Source: Eukaryota sp. TZLM1-RC
Taxonomy: Eukaryota > Protista > Metamonada: BaSk clade
DNA: 64,000 bases
Assembly: GCA_040285825.1 (NCBI GenBank)
Contig: JAUPSS010000008.1
Span: 620,001 to 684,000, forward strand
Direction of reading: 5' to 3'
Position numbers and translations under genes: made by a program. Below are positions 46,695 through 58,951 of this stretch, in pieces; the first letter of the stretch is position 1; each line of letters opens with the position of its first letter. The notes beneath the pieces were generated by a model. The model worked only from the letters and a program-made list of their open reading frames with translations. It did no database searches and had not been told where the DNA came from.

Positions 46695-48715
46695 CTCTGC
46701 TGCTCTTTCGTCGGATGTGTTTTTTAATTCTAGTGATTCTAATTACATCTTCAATTTAGATTTTAAGAATGCTTTCAATTCTGTCTCTCGTTCTTCCATT
46801 TTACCTTTGCTGCGAAAGTATTTTCCTGAAGTTGAGCCTATTTTCTATTCATTTTATGGAAAATCATCCACATTGGTCTATGAAAACTTTGACCTGCTTT
46901 CGTCTTCAGGTGTAAAACAAGGTGATCCACTTGGTCCTTTTTTCTTTTGTCTGTTCATCCATTAATGTGCGAATTGAAAGAAAAATTCCCAGAAATAGAT
47001 ATTGTAGCATATATGGATGACATTTCTGTAATTGCTCCTATTACAATTCTGAAACAAATAGCAACTTTTATTCAACAGCGTTATGAAGATATTGGTCTCT
47101 CATTGAATATCTCCAAATGTTTGATTATTGGCCATGAACCAATTGATTTTTTCATTAATGATGTCAATGTCCCCTTCATCAATTGTGATCAGTCTGGTTT
47201 TCGTTTTTTGGGTTGTTAACTCGGAAATATTGATGAAGGCAAAGGCCAACTTTCGACTCTGTTGACTCAATTTGGAAATGAATTAGAATCAATAGAAAAT
47301 GTAAATATTGAGAAACATTTGAAATTCTTTTTCCTAAAAATCTGTTATTCTGGAAAATTTACTCATATTTTGAGATCAACATCACCATCAATTTCTTTGG
47401 AATTTTGTCGAATTTTTAATGAACAAGGAACCAATTTTGTAGCAAAATTATTGGAAATTGATGCATCTCAGTTACGAAGCCACATTTTTTGTGGTACAAA
47501 TTTTGGTGGTGTTGATTTTCATAAATCAAGCTACCTTTGTAAAGCTGCCTTTATTGGAGGTGGGAAGAATTTTATTTATGAATTTGTGAATCGTTTTCCT
47601 GAAAAAATTCATCTCATTGACAATTGTGGCAGCTCTTATCTTATTTCTTTGCAACAGGAAATTGAAACTCTTTCACCCAATATTTGGTCTAAATGTTTCC
47701 CCTCTGATATTGTGGAACTTCCATTCTTCAAGAAATCAAGAAGCTTGCTCTCCTTACCACTGACTTTTGCAAAATTGCAGAAAAAAATCTTGAAAGTTTT
47801 AGAAAACTTGGATTATATTGTACGTCTTAGCTTGGCTAAAGAAAAAAATCCCGTTTTTGCAGACTTTTTGATTGATCTTGAAGACAGTTGCTCAAGTTGC
47901 CTAATCTCCCAAATTCCCAACATTTATGGCCTTCTGCTCAATGATCACCAATGGACCACTGCAATGAGAATGAGATGTTTTCTATGGCCTTGTTCTTTAC
48001 CAAATGATTTAATTTTTCGCTGCAAGAGTGTGGTTACGCTTTCCCATATTTTAAACTGTAAGTATTTCATATCTTATCGCTCAATTGTTCATGACTCAGT
48101 TCGTGATCAATTATATGCCATGTGCAAAAGTTTCAATATAGAGGCATTTATTGAGCCATTAGTACGTAAGCTGTCTTCACATCAAACTGATGATTCCTTT
48201 GGCGAAAGAAGGGCAGATTTAGTAGCTCCAGGGATCGATGATGTTCTCAATGTTGTAGATGTTGTCTCAGTTTATTTTTGCAAAAATTCTGCTGCTCGTT
48301 TAGTGTATTCCGCTGATTCGCTGTAATCTAACCCCGAAAAAAAGAAGATAAAAAAATATGAAGAACCTTTGGCACAGTTAGGTAGAGTGGAACATGTGAA
48401 ATATCAGTTTGTGCCGTTTGCAATTTCTCTTTTTGGCAATATTGGACCTTCAGGGTTGCACTTTTTTGAAAATTTGAAAAAAGTGTTACTAAATAGGTCT
48501 AGTAAAACAATGAATTCCACTTCTTGGTAAAACAGAATTGTTTTTTGCATTTTCAAGTCTATTCCAACAATGATTTCAAAGGCACTTTTAGCTATTGGTG
48601 TAGAATATGAACGTAATGCTGTGAGTAGGTTCAGTAATAGTGACGCTTGTTTGGAGGATATTGAATTCTAGATGGGTTTTTTTGTATCTCAATAAATATT
48701 CCAGTTTTAAAAAAA
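46695..48715 (+). mobile_element. CRE-clade-like non-LTR retrotransposon, R1-related subfamily, degenerate
   Basis: LDFKNAFN, GVKQGDPLGP, YMDD, FLG, HDSVRDQL, RRADL...VDV; ends LEDIEF* then AATAAA. Confidence 0.9.
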
Positions 48716-48717
48716 AT

Positions 48718-49985
48718 TTTGTGTCAATCAGCATTCTTGGGTGGTGGCAAAAATTTTATTTATGAATTTTCTCGTAGGTTTCCTGATGATTCTCATCTGT
48801 TAGTTCCCAGTTGCAGTCCTTATTTGTATGAGTTATCTTGTGAACTTGAAAAATTGCCGCCACCAATTTGGACCAAATGTTTTCCTCAATCAATTCAAGA
48901 AATTCCAAACCGATCTCTTTTTAATTTACAGTTTCGCTGTAAAAAGCTTCAACAAAAATTGTCAAAGATTTTTGAAAGCTTGGATTTTGATGTTAGACTT
49001 GGCTTGGCCAAGAAAAAGAATCCCGCTTTTGCAAATCTTTTACAAGATATGTGTGACCGTACTTCTTATGCCTTAGTAACAACAATTCCCCAAGTTTATG
49101 GTACTCTCTTAACCGATTCTGCTTGGACTCTAAATATGAGATTTCGTTCCTTTATCTGGCCTGATAATTTACCTCATAATTTAATTTGTAAATGTTCTCG
49201 AGAAATTACAACTACTCATTTGTTAAATTGTAAACATTTTATTACTTTTAGAAGCAAAGTTCATGATGCTGTAAGAGACCAGTTATATTGTATGTGTAAT
49301 AACCAAAGCTTCCTTAAACTCACTAACAGCTTCCTGAATGGTACGTTCTCCATGAACCACGTTATCCCTGGTTCTAATATTGACTGTCTCCTTCTCTTGT
49401 TCTTCTGCTCCGACCACAAGAATACTCTCATAGAATTGAATCCTTCTTGGAACCTCTGTTGTCAAATCTGTTTGAAGCTGAAGATGATTTTCATAAGAAT
49501 AATAGAGGTGATGTTATGTTACCTGAATTAGATGGAAGTTTCATTTTATTGGATGTAATGTCTGTTGATCCTTGTAATGCCTCAAATGAAAGGCTAGTTA
49601 ATTCTGAAATTCATAATCCCCTTTCAAATGCTGAAAATTTTAAATTCAAAAAATACAATGAGCCTTTGTCCAAATTGGCCAGTCTACAGCATGCAAAATA
49701 CAATTTGTATCCATTTGTATTTTCCCTTTTTGGTTCACTTGCACCAACTGCTTTACGTTTTTTGGATGATTTTGAAATGATTGTAAAGAGAAGAACTGGG
49801 AGAAATTTCAACAGATTGTTTTGGCAAAATAGAATTGTGTTTTCTATTTTTAAGGGGATGTTGAAGATGGTTTCTGATGCTTTGCTTTCTCTTGGATCTC
49901 ACTATGAGAGAGTTGCATCTAGTGTTTTTGTTCTGGGAGAGATGGATTTTTTAGATGTTGATTTATAGGTTTTGAATAAAATTAA
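48718..49985 (+). mobile_element. Non-LTR retrotransposon family R2, 3' half, containing a captured ThrRS fragment
   Basis: CKCS...HLLNC, HDAVRDQL, RGDV...LDV, KKYNE, PFVFSLFG; AATAAA at the end. Confidence 0.9.
49300..49425 (-). pseudogene. 126-bp fragment of threonyl-tRNA synthetase (anticodon-binding domain)
   Basis: ILVVGAEEQEKETVNIRTRDNVVHGERTIQE matches the eukaryotic ThrRS C-terminus (ILVVG.KE...TVNIRTRDN.VHGE). Confidence 0.85.
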
Positions 49986-50109
49986 AATTTTGGTCAAAAA
50001 CAAAGTTTTAAAAAAAGCTAACAATTGCTCAATTAACCACAATCTAACAAGCCACTACCAACCATTATGTGTCGTCTATTATGCCATGACCTTAAACAGA
50101 ACAAACAAC

Positions 50110-50191
50110 TTGCAGTATCTTCGTTTAAAATTTAAACGAAGATACTGCAAAAGGAGAGTCCATTTAAACTTTAAATGGACTCTCCTTTTGC
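50110..50191. repeat. Two overlapping perfect inverted repeats (20-bp and 22-bp arms, 1-nt spacers)
   Basis: 50110-50129/50131-50150 and 50147-50168/50170-50191, both centred on TTTAAA-N-TTTAAA. Confidence 0.95.
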
Positions 50192-50569
50192 TGCTTATTT
50201 AACTAGCGGCTGAAATGTTCACGGAAATTGATCGTGTACTTATGGGGAATTTTCCCATTCATGACAACAGCAGTTAGGCTTCAACTTAGAGCCTAAAAAT
50301 ACCAGTACTTAGGACACAAATTTACACATTATCTGACAGTCTGACCAACAAAATCTTTTATTCTACAGTGAAAAAACAAGACATAATGGAAATGGAGGTT
50401 AGAAAACAATTGATACTAAAGTTTGAACTAAACAATACAGAAACATGGTCGAGGAATACACAAAAACCATCGCAGCTCAAGCATAAACAAACACGTCAGA
50501 TCAACGTTATTTAAGATAATGATAGTAAATACTTAAATAGACACTCTCACCCCAGAAACCACAAAACTT

Positions 50570-52339
50570 TCATCCTTCCCCTTGAATTTCCTTCCACTTC
50601 ACTACATTATTCTCAACATTGGTTAATTGTTCATTGGCCAATTGTGGAAACAAAAACCAAATAGAGTTCAAAAGAGGACTAACAATGTGTTCAATGAAAC
50701 TGATTTGTAATGATGCCAAGTTCACTGCTGATTCCGATGTTTGTGGAAAGATTAAACTTTGCAGGCCATGAACCCTCTCTGTTTCACTTTGTCCTTTAAA
50801 CTCTGCTAAAAGAGAATCTGCCCAAAACTTGGCAATATGAAATTTTCTTGTGGGATTCCCGATATCACAACACTTCAGTATACTTTGGCAAACCAAAAGC
50901 CTATTGTCCAAAGAGGACGCAATACAATCTCTCAGATGTTCTCGTTGTTCAGCACCGGAAAGAGGCTCCCCAGAGCAAGATGCGCTTAAACCTTTGATCC
51001 TTTGACAAAAAGATACGTGATTCGCCATATCAGTGGCTAAAATGCATTGAACCAGCACTTGACGGAAGGAAGACCAGTCCTGAGAGGAAAGATGTGCGAC
51101 AAAGTTATTCTCTTCTTTCAATAGTAGTACAGAAGCTCTACTTGCATGATGATTCTCCAGTACAGAAAGATCATTGTAGAGGAAAGCAAGAGGGCTTTTG
51201 GACTGAATTAAAAACGCATTGTTGAGTCCAGGATGTTCAATGTCATGACATAAGCCAGCAGTCATTAAGGCCAATGCCATCAGAGGAGTAACAAACTGCT
51301 CAGGCAACGCATGCTTCAAGAACACAAAAACACCTTGTGAAACATCAACTGCATGATGGAAGTTGTGCTGAGATCAGAAAAAGAAAACTACAAACATAAG
51401 GATTTGCCTTATAATGACGAGAAACATCAAGTGTAAATGACCTCAACTTAGTCTCCTCAAGTTTGAATTCATATTTGAGACCAAGATTTTCCAGCATTGC
51501 TATCCAAAGACCACAAAGTTGAGAAGTTTTCATATCAGAAATGTCAAAGTCAGACCAGGACAAAAATAACTCAAGTGGGGGCGTGGGTGGTCTAGTAGCT
51601 CCCGATGAGCGACGACGTCTATAGATATCAACACTCTCAGGTTGCTGTATATCAAGACCCTCAAGCTCAAAAAGAAGATGAAAGAGGTCAAAATCACGAC
51701 TTTCAGACAATCCAGGTGATGTAATCTGCAACAGTTCAGAGACCCTTTGCTGAGCCTGCTTTGATTGTTGACTAAAAGAAGGCATATAAATCTAGAATTA
51801 GTTGATGTAAGAATACGCACGATATCTGACATGAGTGCCTTTAAAGATTCAGCCACTAGATCAAGCTTCTTCTTTAAGTTATCAACTTCTTTCATTGACT
51901 GATCATACTTTCTTTTATAGGTTCTTGCTTTAGCCTCTGCTTCTTTCAGTCGATCGGCAGGAACAACCGCAGCAGCTTTTTGTATGGCTTCTATTCGCCT
52001 TCGCACTGTTGCAAAAATTAACGGTTTTAGTAGATAATCAGTTGCCCCTTGCTCTATACAACGAATTACCATTTGAGGATCATCAAATGTACTCATAAGG
52101 ACAACTGGAATGTCCTTCATTCGCTGATCACCTTTGATTTGTTTAAGCATTTCATAACCATCCAGGATAGGCATCATGTAATCAGTAATTATAAGATCAA
52201 CAGAAGAGTGGCTACTCTCCAGTATATCAAGACCTTGTTGGCCATTTTCAGCTGTCAGAACTTCAGCCTTTGTTTGACGGCACATTGAAGCCACAGTAGA
52301 ACGAGTCACTGGGTCATCATCAACAACAAGAATACGCAT
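50570..52339 (-). CDS. Response-regulator receiver plus class I cyclic nucleotide phosphodiesterase (RegA-like); introns 51792-51820 and 51368-51395
   Basis: ILVVDDD...DLIITDYMMPILDG...DYLLKP receiver; splicing 29- and 28-nt GT-AG introns gives NPYHNFHHAVDV, CHDIEHPGLNN, LATDMA.H, CCDIGNP. Confidence 0.9.
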
Positions 52340-52781
52340 AACGAGGAGAATGCAGAAGAGATATCTGAAAAGTAGTAAGGCATATAGTTAGGGTATCAAA
52401 GATCAAAAAATCTAAAATAATTTTCGGAGGCAAGACTTTTTCTATCAATATTAGCTTCTTCAGTATTATTATTGCATCTTCTAGGCTTCTAAAGTTCCTT
52501 ACTTTCAAAAACATTTACATCACTGGTTGCATTTCAAACTATATTCATATAGTACATATAGTGTTGTATATCGGCTTGTAGAATTTGGGTTCTAACTATT
52601 TACAATTATGGTCATTGATTCATCACCATTGAGATATTATCATAAATCTGTGGTATTGAAATAGCATCAGAACAACTAATTGAAACCAAATTAAAAGAGG
52701 CGGGAGCACTTAAAGCAAATTAAAGAAAAGAATCATTTACATCAAAAATATCACATGTACAATTCAAAATAGAATTTGTTT

Positions 52782-53375
52782 TTACAATTCACTAAAAGGA
52801 TGATTAGTATCAATTCCATCATCATCATCATCCATGACTTGTGAATCTGCGATCCCTGTTAAGCATGAGAGAAAGTTGGGCTTCTTTTTAACATTCCCGT
52901 GTACAAAAAGAGACGACAGGGACCGTGAACGATTAAGGGGAGAGTCGTGACCTGGGATTTTAGACTCATCACCGGGTACTTTCGGAGGAACATCTGGAGG
53001 AGACACCTTAGGATACAGATTATGGTTATAATCAGGCGGATTATTTGGTTGAAGGGTCCTCAAGCTTTGTGAACGTTGAAGAGCCTTTTCAGATGTTAGA
53101 AGAGCATGTGGCTCTAGAGCTGTACTTGAAGGACTTTTCTTCAGAGAATCTCGGTTTAGATAGCTGGCGTTCATCAGTCGCATGCTATTTGGAAGGTTTT
53201 TATCTTCTGAGACACTATGGGTTCGATGTTGATAATAATAGGGTTCAGCAGAAAGTGTTTGAATGAGATTCCGACTCGATGTGTTACGATATCGCGGAGG
53301 GATCCATTGATGTCGACTAGTTGTATTAGATGTGGATGTGGAAAAACCGATGGCTGAGGCAGACCTTGAAAGCAT
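52782..53375 (-). CDS. Hypothetical low-complexity protein
   Basis: Open frame from ATG 53375; S/P-rich, no recognisable domain. Confidence 0.5.
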   Translation of the reverse strand: MLSRSASAIGFSTSTSNTTSRHQWIPPRYRNTSSRNLIQTLSAEPYYYQHRTHSVSEDKNLPNSMRLMNASYLNRDSLKKSPSSTALEPHALLTSEKALQRSQSLRTLQPNNPPDYNHNLYPKVSPPDVPPKVPGDESKIPGHDSPLNRSRSLSSLFVHGNVKKKPNFLSCLTGIADSQVMDDDDDGIDTNHPFSEL

Positions 53376-54030
53376 CGTATATTTCTGTTTTGGGAAACAT
53401 TTCACCTGTCTGTGCACTCTTTATCTGAAATGACAATTTCCAATACTTCAACCACATTCACATGTCTAAACTTAACCATCCAGAGATGATCGGCTTAGAT
53501 CAAAATACGTTAGATTTGAAGACTCTTATTGAGGTCTTCTGAAAGTTAGGGGTCATGTGTTCAGAAAGTACTCGCTGACTGCAATCTTCCACTGGTTTCT
53601 TGATGCAGAGATTTCTCTTGACCAAGCCATTCCACATTCTGGACATGTAAAATAGGCTTCAGACTTTTTCTCGATTGTCTATGAAGTAAAGGTCTTCATG
53701 GAAAACTTTGCAACAGTTCACTTTGGCAGTTCTTGAAACATTTCACATGTGAGTCCAAATCCAAATGCATTTACCAAACCTACTCCAGATATGGTCGTTG
53801 ATTGTTTTATTTATTCCTTTTTTTACAACTGTTATTGAAGGTTTTTCGACAATTAATTGGAAATGATGATGAAAAAAGCGCAGTTTCATTTCATCAAGAA
53901 TACGGATTACTTGATGTAGATGTTCAGCCAGATATTCTGTATTATCATTTTGCCACAAATCAGTAGTTTTGATTTGTTCTGACAGTTGAGCATTTTCTTT
54001 CTTTCAATAGAAACTTTAGACGACCCACCT

Positions 54031-54636
54031 TTATTTACAATTTTCTATAAAAATTTCAAGTTCTACTCTTGAAACGAAATTGTGAATTTCAGTTTGAAAC
54101 AGTTTAGAAAATACATTTTCAATGCTATTGATTCCTCCTTTAACAATATACAAAGACTGAATTACCTTTCTTAAATCTATAGTTAAGAATGGCCCTAATC
54201 CAGTCTCGCTAAACCATCTATGAAACCACAAAGGGCTGTGAGGAATATAGTTGGTTAGTTGGAATTCTGGTTCAATTTGCAACACTTTACAGCGTTGAAT
54301 AAAAAAAGGAAAAAAGAATTCATCTGTGTTGTAGCCAATAAGTAACCCAGGCTTAACGTTAATCAATAAGTCAAAAACTGAACTAATTATATCATTCTCT
54401 GATGAACATAAGTGGATAGAACAGTCCTCTAATTCAGGAATCGCTTTTGTGGAGAAGAAGTGTGACTCTTTATTAAATTGAAATGCATAGGAATGATTCA
54501 AACAAAAAAGAAGAGACTCAAGACAAATAGACATTGATTGAACCTTTGGCTCATAGGAAGAAAACTTTGCCATTTTACCTATGTTATTATTGTTTAGGTT
54601 AGGAGCAACATCAAGGGTTTTAAGTTTTGTAGACAA
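54031..54636 (-). pseudogene. Degenerate family-B DNA polymerase exonuclease-like fragment
   Basis: SEND...KPGLLIGYNTDEFFFPFFIQR resembles the ExoII region (DPD.I.GYN...FD.P...R) with the catalytic Asp lost; no ATG start, and downstream frames are broken. Confidence 0.5.
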
Positions 54637-54943
54637 GTATTGATGGTAGAGGTAAAGTTCATAATTTAAAGAAGCGACGTAGATGATATTCGTCTCACCT
54701 CAGACATGGAAGATCATTTCCACTTGTTAATGGTCTTCATCAACTGTAAAGTACTATAAATACTTCGTGTAATTGATAAAGTCGTTTATACAGACTCTAG
54801 AGAATATAACAATGTCAGGAGGGCGACAGAGACCCAGTTGGATGTCCGATGGAAAGAATAGGGAAAGGAGAAAACGTGACTTGCAATATTTGCAATTCAC
54901 TTGATTCCATTTTTTGCTTCACCTGTTCATCCACTACTAGTCG

Positions 54944-56237
54944 ATGTCATGCATCACACTTCAGCTTGGTCAATATGGTAATCAGCTGGGCTCCTCTTTT
55001 CTACAATCTATGCTTCAACAATGCAGTAAAGAGTTGTTGGATTATAACAATACGTTTTTCCGTACATCCAAATCCAATCCTTCAGTATGACTTGTGTGTT
55101 CGACTCACCCTTGCTTCTTATTCCACGTACTATTTTGGCTGACTTGGAACCTAAAGTAGTTGAAACAGTAGCAGCTACACAAAGTAATTACTGTAAATAC
55201 GATCCTACCAATATGTTTTGCTCAGCTGGTGGCGCCTCTAACAACTGGGCACTGGGCTACTTTTCTTCCATGGCTCTACATTCAATCATGGACCTTGTCA
55301 GAAGGGAAGCAGAAAGGGCTGACAATCTCAGTACCATTATGCTTCTCCAATCTCTCAGTGGGGGAACTGGATCAGGCTTAGGATCTGCACTCATGGAAGC
55401 ACTTGCAGATGAGTTTCATGACTCGTTTCTCCTATCCCAAGTGATCTTTCCTTACTCTTCTGGTGAGGTAATTGTCCATTCCTTCAACTCTGCCTTGACA
55501 CTGGCCAAACTTCTAGATTGTTGCGATGGAGTTATTACAGCATCCAATGATACCCTTAGTTCCATAGTGTCTCGGTCATTACACATCAAGAATCCTTCAT
55601 TTGCTGACCTCAATTCACTTTTGTCCCACAATCTAGGCACAGTGTTTTTCCCAGGATCCAATAATCTTTCCCTTAATCAATTGGTCGGTAATGTATTCAC
55701 TAATCCTGGGTTGAAGATGGCTTCTGTGTTTGTCAACCCTATTGTCTGTCTTTGTTTTCCTTCTCATCTTAGATTGCTTCTAAAGTTTTAGAGTTTACAA
55801 AGAACAAGTGGGAAACTTTGATTTCGAATCAAGTTCAAATGGTTGCTTCAGGGAACATGATTGGGGAATCAGTAGATTACAATCGAAAAGATTTGATTTT
55901 CTCTTCAGCTGGTAATTTATGGGGCAACCATTCCAACCACTATGTTCCACTGGTCCAGAACTGTTTCTCCAGCAAGTTGTCGTCATCTTCTCCTTCACAC
56001 TCTTGTTTTGGAAGTTGTGATCAACAGTTTCTTGGTGTAGAGAAGCTTGTAGGTTCGTTGGCAGTCTCTAGTTGTCAAGCTGACTTTCTAGAACCAGTTT
56101 GTCGAAGAGCTTCTCTTCTTTTGAGTTCTAATTCTTATGTTCATCATTATGAACGATATGGGATAGGGGGTTGTGAATTGAGAAATGCTATTGCAGTTTT
56201 GGAGTCTGTGAAGGGTAATTATGGCGATTTGAGGTAA
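54944..56237 (+). CDS. TUBD1: Delta-tubulin; predicted introns 55054-55085 and 55744-55772
   Basis: MSCITLQLGQYGNQLG, PRTILADLEPKVV, NNWALGY, GGTGSGLG, GEVIVHSFN, YVHHYERYG. The first intron boundary is less certain. Confidence 0.85.
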
Positions 56238-56878
56238 TTTCCTGATTAACTGTTGAATCCAAACAAGTTGTAGATCCCTGAAACCTTTGCCCAGCTTCTT
56301 GGTATGAATTTGGGGTAATCCTGGCTTCGAAGCCACATTCATCCAAATGACTCGATGTTTATGCATTTAAGTAAGGGTTGAGAGGTGACTCTAAGAGGAC
56401 AGTTTGTCTTTGAGAAAAAGGGGACTAACTAATGGAAAGATACGTGCCGGCTTTTATCAGTTAATATTATAGGCATCAAAAGCAAACTAATTCAGCTTTC
56501 ACCTGTAATTAAATATTTCTTAAGTGGTGATAAGGACAAATTAATTTATTAAGATTGTTTTCATATTCATTTGTTAGTGTAATATAGAGTTTCATCATTC
56601 TAATTTAACTGACTACAAAATTATGTTTTGATCTTTCTCCAGATATAAACAAGTTGACTTGGATTGTTATTTTTATATAGTTTGATATTTTGTGTTAGCA
56701 ATCTTCATAGACTACCATTTTGGATAAATTCCAAGTAAAGTACTTAAATTGATTCACAATTGCACAATTTCTTTTAGAGAAATAATTTCATTCTGTTATA
56801 GAAATGAATTGATGAAAATTGTATAAAAAACATGAAATTGCAAGACTAAACAAAAAACTAAACACTCAAAATAAAACA

Positions 56879-57723
56879 TCATCTTTTTGACCTTCTCTTT
56901 CTATTAGTCTGTTCATTCATTAAATTAGCAGCTCTGTCCTTATCAATCGGATCTTTCTTGGACAAAATATGACCAAGCACTTTCTTTTGCTTTTCACGTT
57001 CTTCAAAAGATACCTCATCTTGACTACCAACTTTGTTTGTATTTTTTCTCTTGTGATCTGGTTCACCTTTTCGTCTGTTATCAAACTTACCCATAGAAGC
57101 AGTAGCTACAGAAGTGACTTTAATAGCAGATTCCAAAGCAATACGACGCTTATCTCCAGCAGTCATATTCCGTTTTTCATTCTTCAGTTGGTTTTGCTTG
57201 TTACGTTTGACACGATCTTTCTTTTCCTGTTCTGCTTCGGTGAATGGATCAGATCCAGGAAGATCGGTCGGTTTAGCTTCAATAAAAGCAACATCAGCAA
57301 GTGTTCCTGCACGCTTGTAACCGTGACGTGGCATGAGCTCACCAGTGACATCATCAAGAACCATGCGGTCTTCTGGGGTGAGATGAATGATGATGACATG
57401 CTTTTGGTCTTTTGGATTCCTTTACGTTTGGCAAATTCTTCCCATTTGGTGGGTGGCTTGGGTTTAGGAATTGGTTTAGCTCGAGGGAGCTTTGTTGTTC
57501 TTTTTGGTAAATCAACTACCCTTCCCACATCTTCCTGTTCCTGACTTAGGGGAAGAGAGAACAGTTTGTTGACAAGCATCTGTGTGATATCCCGAGACCT
57601 AGATAAGACATCTTTAAAAGGAACAGGATGATGATCAAAAGCACAACGAGCACCTATATCGAATTCAACACCAACATGTTCAACGTTGACAAGAGCTGCA
57701 GCTTCTTCGAAAGTAGAAGTCAT
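56879..57723 (-). CDS. RRS1: Ribosome biogenesis regulatory protein RRS1; GC-AG intron 57373-57401
   Basis: LPRAKPIPKPKPPTKWEEFAKRKGI, then after a 29-nt intron KDRMVLDDVTGELMPRHGYKR; STASMGKFD-like motif. Confidence 0.9.
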
Positions 57724-57831
57724 TTTTACAAAAATGGGCTATAATGATATGATGAGGGACTGAGTTTTTGGAAATAACAACAACTCCTCTGAACCACAAT
57801 TCTCTGTCAAGACCTGCTCAGCTTTAAGCTT

Positions 57832-58908
57832 ATGTCATCATCTGAGGTTATTCTTGCATCTGCCGGGCTTGACAATACTATATGCACCTGGAGTCTTCCC
57901 TCAATTACTCGACATCGGTCCTTTGCATGTACAAAAGGACCAATAGGTTGTCTTGATCTTTCACTTGACGCAAAATACCTGTCAGTGGGTGCATGTCTTC
58001 AACTTCACATATTTGATAGAAATGCATCACCAGGGAATGTAACCCCGGCTTTTGTCCTCCATGAAGGTGGACATGTTTCAGCTGTCAGCTGTATCGGCCA
58101 TTTTAACACACCTAGATTAATGTTATACACAGCAGGTGATGATTGTGGTGTTCGCATCTGGGATGCAGGGGCCAGACAAGCTTCCATGCAAACAACACTT
58201 CCTACTTCTATACATCATGGAATCCCTCTCTCTCCACAAAGGTCTCTTTCATCCATGCTGTTTGCTGGTGATGACGGTGCTCTCTACCATTGGAGTATTG
58301 AAACTAACTCAGTCTCAAAAGCTTTTGCTTTCCCCTCCACCACAGCTATCCCGTCTGATCTCCCTCCTCGCAATCCCCCCTCTTGCACTAAGCTTGCCAT
58401 CTGCCACGAAACCAACATCATTGCAGTGGGTCTCGCCGATGGTAATGTTGCGCTCTTCAAACTCCCCTATTCTGGTTCTCTCCCTGACGAATGGCTTGGT
58501 CCCCATATCCTCACCACCTCCTCTTCCTTTGTTACTTCTCTCAACATTTCCTCATTCCCAACTGAACAGGGAAGTATATTGTTGACTGTTGCTGGTATTA
58601 ACGGTCAGGTTTCCTTCTACAAGGTTGTTCCTACCAGTTTAGATAGTGAGTCTTGCGATTTGTTTTCCTTTTCCCAGCTGAGAATGTTCAACTCCCAGAC
58701 GCTTGATCCCGTTCTTGATTCAACACTGACCAATGATGGGGAGCATCTGTTCGCTGCTTCTCTTGATGGAAGAGTTTACTGGTATAGAGTTTTGAATGAA
58801 GAAGGTGATGTCAAGCCTTATTTGTTTTACGATAGGATACGGCATTCTGATTCTGATTCAAAGGGCATCTGCTCTCTATCAATGAGAGATGTTGTTCGAA
58901 AATGGTGA
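57832..58908 (+). CDS. LST8: WD40 protein, TOR complex subunit LST8-like
   Basis: VILASAGLDNTICTW and LYTAGDDCGVRIWD match LST8 (VILATAGYDHTVRFW; MYTGGED.T.RIWD). Confidence 0.65.
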   Translation: MSSSEVILASAGLDNTICTWSLPSITRHRSFACTKGPIGCLDLSLDAKYLSVGACLQLHIFDRNASPGNVTPAFVLHEGGHVSAVSCIGHFNTPRLMLYTAGDDCGVRIWDAGARQASMQTTLPTSIHHGIPLSPQRSLSSMLFAGDDGALYHWSIETNSVSKAFAFPSTTAIPSDLPPRNPPSCTKLAICHETNIIAVGLADGNVALFKLPYSGSLPDEWLGPHILTTSSSFVTSLNISSFPTEQGSILLTVAGINGQVSFYKVVPTSLDSESCDLFSFSQLRMFNSQTLDPVLDSTLTNDGEHLFAASLDGRVYWYRVLNEEGDVKPYLFYDRIRHSDSDSKGICSLSMRDVVRKW

Positions 58909-58951
58909 ATTATAGAAGTATTTATATTATTTATATTTATTAATTTACACA

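Noticed and set aside
56088-56366. Ribosomal protein S29-like peptide (HTKKLGKGFR...LIRK)
   Set aside because: The zinc-binding cysteines are absent and the ORF overlaps delta-tubulin in antisense.
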